Source: an uncultured Actinomycetota bacterium (GTDB taxonomy: Bacteria; Actinomycetota; Actinomycetes; Mycobacteriales; CADCTP01). Taken from it: a DNA stretch of 64,000 nt. This document shows, piece after piece, positions 62,760-64,000 of this stretch (position 1 is the stretch's first letter; each line of letters opens with the position of its first letter). Location of the stretch: positions 229,778 to 293,777 of the forward strand of contig CAWATS010000023.1 of the NCBI GenBank assembly GCA_963785005.1. The letters are read 5' to 3'. Both the position numbers and the translations under genes were made by a program. The notes below the pieces were generated by a model. That model was not told where the DNA came from. It saw only the letters and a list, made by a program, of their open reading frames with translations, and ran no database searches.

Positions 62760-63989
62760 GTGACCGCACCGCTGGACCTCGACGCGCTCGCCACCCTGGT
62801 GCAGCGGCCCTCGGAGGAGGCGGCGACGGCGACCCGGGCGCGGCTCGCGACGCTCGCCAAGCCGGCGGGCGCGCTCGGCCGGCTCGAGGAGCTCGCGGTC
62901 TGGATGGCCGCCGCGCAGGGCGCCTGCCCGCCGCGCGATCCGGAGCGGGCGCGGGTGGTGGTCTTCGCCGGCGACCACGGTGTGGCCGCGGCCGGGGTGT
63001 CGGCGTACCCGGCCGAGGTGACCGCTCAGATGGTCCGCGCCTTCGGCTCCGGCGGTGCCGCGGTGGACGTGCTGGCGCGCTCCGCCGGGGCGACCGTACG
63101 GGTGGTGGACGTCGCGGTCGGGTCGGACACGTCGGCCGAGGTCTCGGCACACAAGGTCCGCCGCGGCAGCGGCCGGATCGACCGCGAGGACGCGCTCAGC
63201 CTGGCCGAGGCGGAGCAGGCGTTCGCGGCCGGGATGGCGGTCGCGGACGAGGAGGTCGACGCCGGCGCCGACCTGCTGCTGCCCGGCGACATGGGCATCG
63301 GCAACACCACGCCGGCCGCGGTGCTGGTCGCTGCGCTGACCGATGCCGAGCCGGTGCGGGTGATCGGCCGGGGCACCGGGATCGACGACGCCGGCTGGAT
63401 GCGGAAGGTGGTCGCGATCCGGGACGCGCTGCGGCGGGCGCGGCCGTTCGCGGGCGACCCGATCGCGCTGCTCGCGGTCGGCGGTGGCGCGGACTTCGCG
63501 GCGATGACCGGGTTCCTGGTGCAGGCCGCGGTCCGCCGGACGCCGGTGCTGCTGGACGGGGTGGTCACCGGGGCGGCCGCGCTGCTGGCGTCGTCGATCG
63601 CGCCGGACGCGCGGGAGTGGTGGCTGGCGGCGCACCGCTCGCCCGAGCCGGCACATCGGATCGCGCTGGACCGGCTGGAGCTGGAGCCGCTGCTCGACCT
63701 GGGGATGCGGCTCGGCGAGGGCTCCGGCGCGCTGGTGGCGCTGCCGCTGCTGCGGGCGGCGGTCCGTACCTGCGCGCAGATGGCGACCTTCGGCGAAGCC
63801 GGTGTCACCGACCGCGCCGGAGTCGGCACCGCTCCAGCCGACCCGGATCCAGCCGATCCCGCCGACCCGACCGGCCCACCGCGGTCGACCGACCGGGCCC
63901 GGCCGGCCGCGCCGGCTGGGTCGGCGGCTGGATCGGCGGCTGGGTCGGCGGCGGAGTCGGCGGCTGAGTCGGCGCGGGTCGGCCGCTGA
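62760..63989 (+). CDS. cobT: nicotinate-nucleotide--dimethylbenzimidazole phosphoribosyltransferase with a ~60-aa low-complexity tail
   Basis: GTG 62760 lies 4 nt after the cobU stop. It has CobT motifs ([16 protein letters not shown]). The tail [12 protein letters not shown]...[20 protein letters not shown] is repeat-encoded. Confidence 0.9.
   Translation: MTAPLDLDALATLVQRPSEEAATATRARLATLAKPAGALGRLEELAVWMAAAQGACPPRDPERARVVVFAGDHGVAAAGVSAYPAEVTAQMVRAFGSGGAAVDVLARSAGATVRVVDVAVGSDTSAEVSAHKVRRGSGRIDREDALSLAEAEQAFAAGMAVADEEVDAGADLLLPGDMGIGNTTPAAVLVAALTDAEPVRVIGRGTGIDDAGWMRKVVAIRDALRRARPFAGDPIALLAVGGGADFAAMTGFLVQAAVRRTPVLLDGVVTGAAALLASSIAPDAREWWLAAHRSPEPAHRIALDRLELEPLLDLGMRLGEGSGALVALPLLRAAVRTCAQMATFGEAGVTDRAGVGTAPADPDPADPADPTGPPRSTDRARPAAPAGSAAGSAAGSAAESAAESARVGR
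63915..63974 (+). repeat. 5 x 12-bp tandem repeat (GCTGGGTCGGCG-like) forming the cobT tail
   Basis: The units are gctgggtcggcg / gctggatcggcg / gctgggtcggcg / gcggagtcggcg / gctgagtcggcg. A further gctgagtcggcg copy at 63985-63996 is in a shifted frame and provides the TGA stop. Confidence 0.85.
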
Positions 63990-64000
63990 GTCGGCGGCGG

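Noticed and set aside
61689-63656. 655-aa minus-strand ORF
   Set aside because: It is antisense to cobU/cobT, which have clear P-loop and CobT motifs. The translation is Pro/Arg/Ala low complexity.

Overview
This is a very GC-rich actinobacterial chromosomal segment. I saw no rRNA, tRNA, transposase, integrase or CRISPR array. About 70 protein-coding genes can be supported; most long ORF-track entries are antisense or out-of-frame artefacts of GC richness, or carry spurious 5' extensions. (1) 364-16842 holds a ~15.5 kb minus-strand inositol-catabolism operon: iolC, iolJ-like, iolB, iolD, iolA, an ABC importer, iolE-like, iolG and extra dehydrogenase/TIM-barrel paralogs. Many junctions are 4-nt ATGA/GTGA overlaps. 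A divergent GntR regulator gene and a 24-bp palindromic operator candidate sit upstream. (2) 16851-22565 holds ROK glucokinase preceded by an ArsA-like ATPase, a small Cys protein, an SRPBCC protein and a metallophosphoesterase, plus a GT2-methyltransferase fusion. (3) From 22658 onward the gene order matches, from memory, M. tuberculosis Rv2187-Rv2208 and the Streptomyces glk-qcr-cta region: fadD15-like, pimB-like, NlpC/P60, exonuclease-GIY-YIG, trpD, ctaE, qcrCAB, ctaF, ctaC, asnB, PfkB kinase, erpA-like, DUF3043 and cobT. (4) Accessory inserts interrupt that block: an ArsR/SRPBCC pair, a frameshifted Phd/VapC module, a cebEFG-bglC-cebR cellobiose operon with two CebR boxes, cysteine desulfurase-TusA, an ECF sigma with partner, and nadA. 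No clearly new multi-gene system stands out. The most unusual observations are sequence-level: (a) two independent junction duplications (1385-1478 and 52511-52700) that create short relay ORFs preserving GTGA/ATGA translational coupling; (b) a PhnP-like MBL domain fused to CobU through an 18-bp x3 repeat linker; (c) a zinc-ribbon plus NYN/coiled-coil gene pair; (d) a 77-nt near-perfect hairpin between convergent genes; (e) an untracked 58-codon Cys-containing ORF; (f) convergent fadD/pimB ORFs that both read past symmetric out-of-frame stops. All homology calls rest on motif recognition by eye. No database search was possible.
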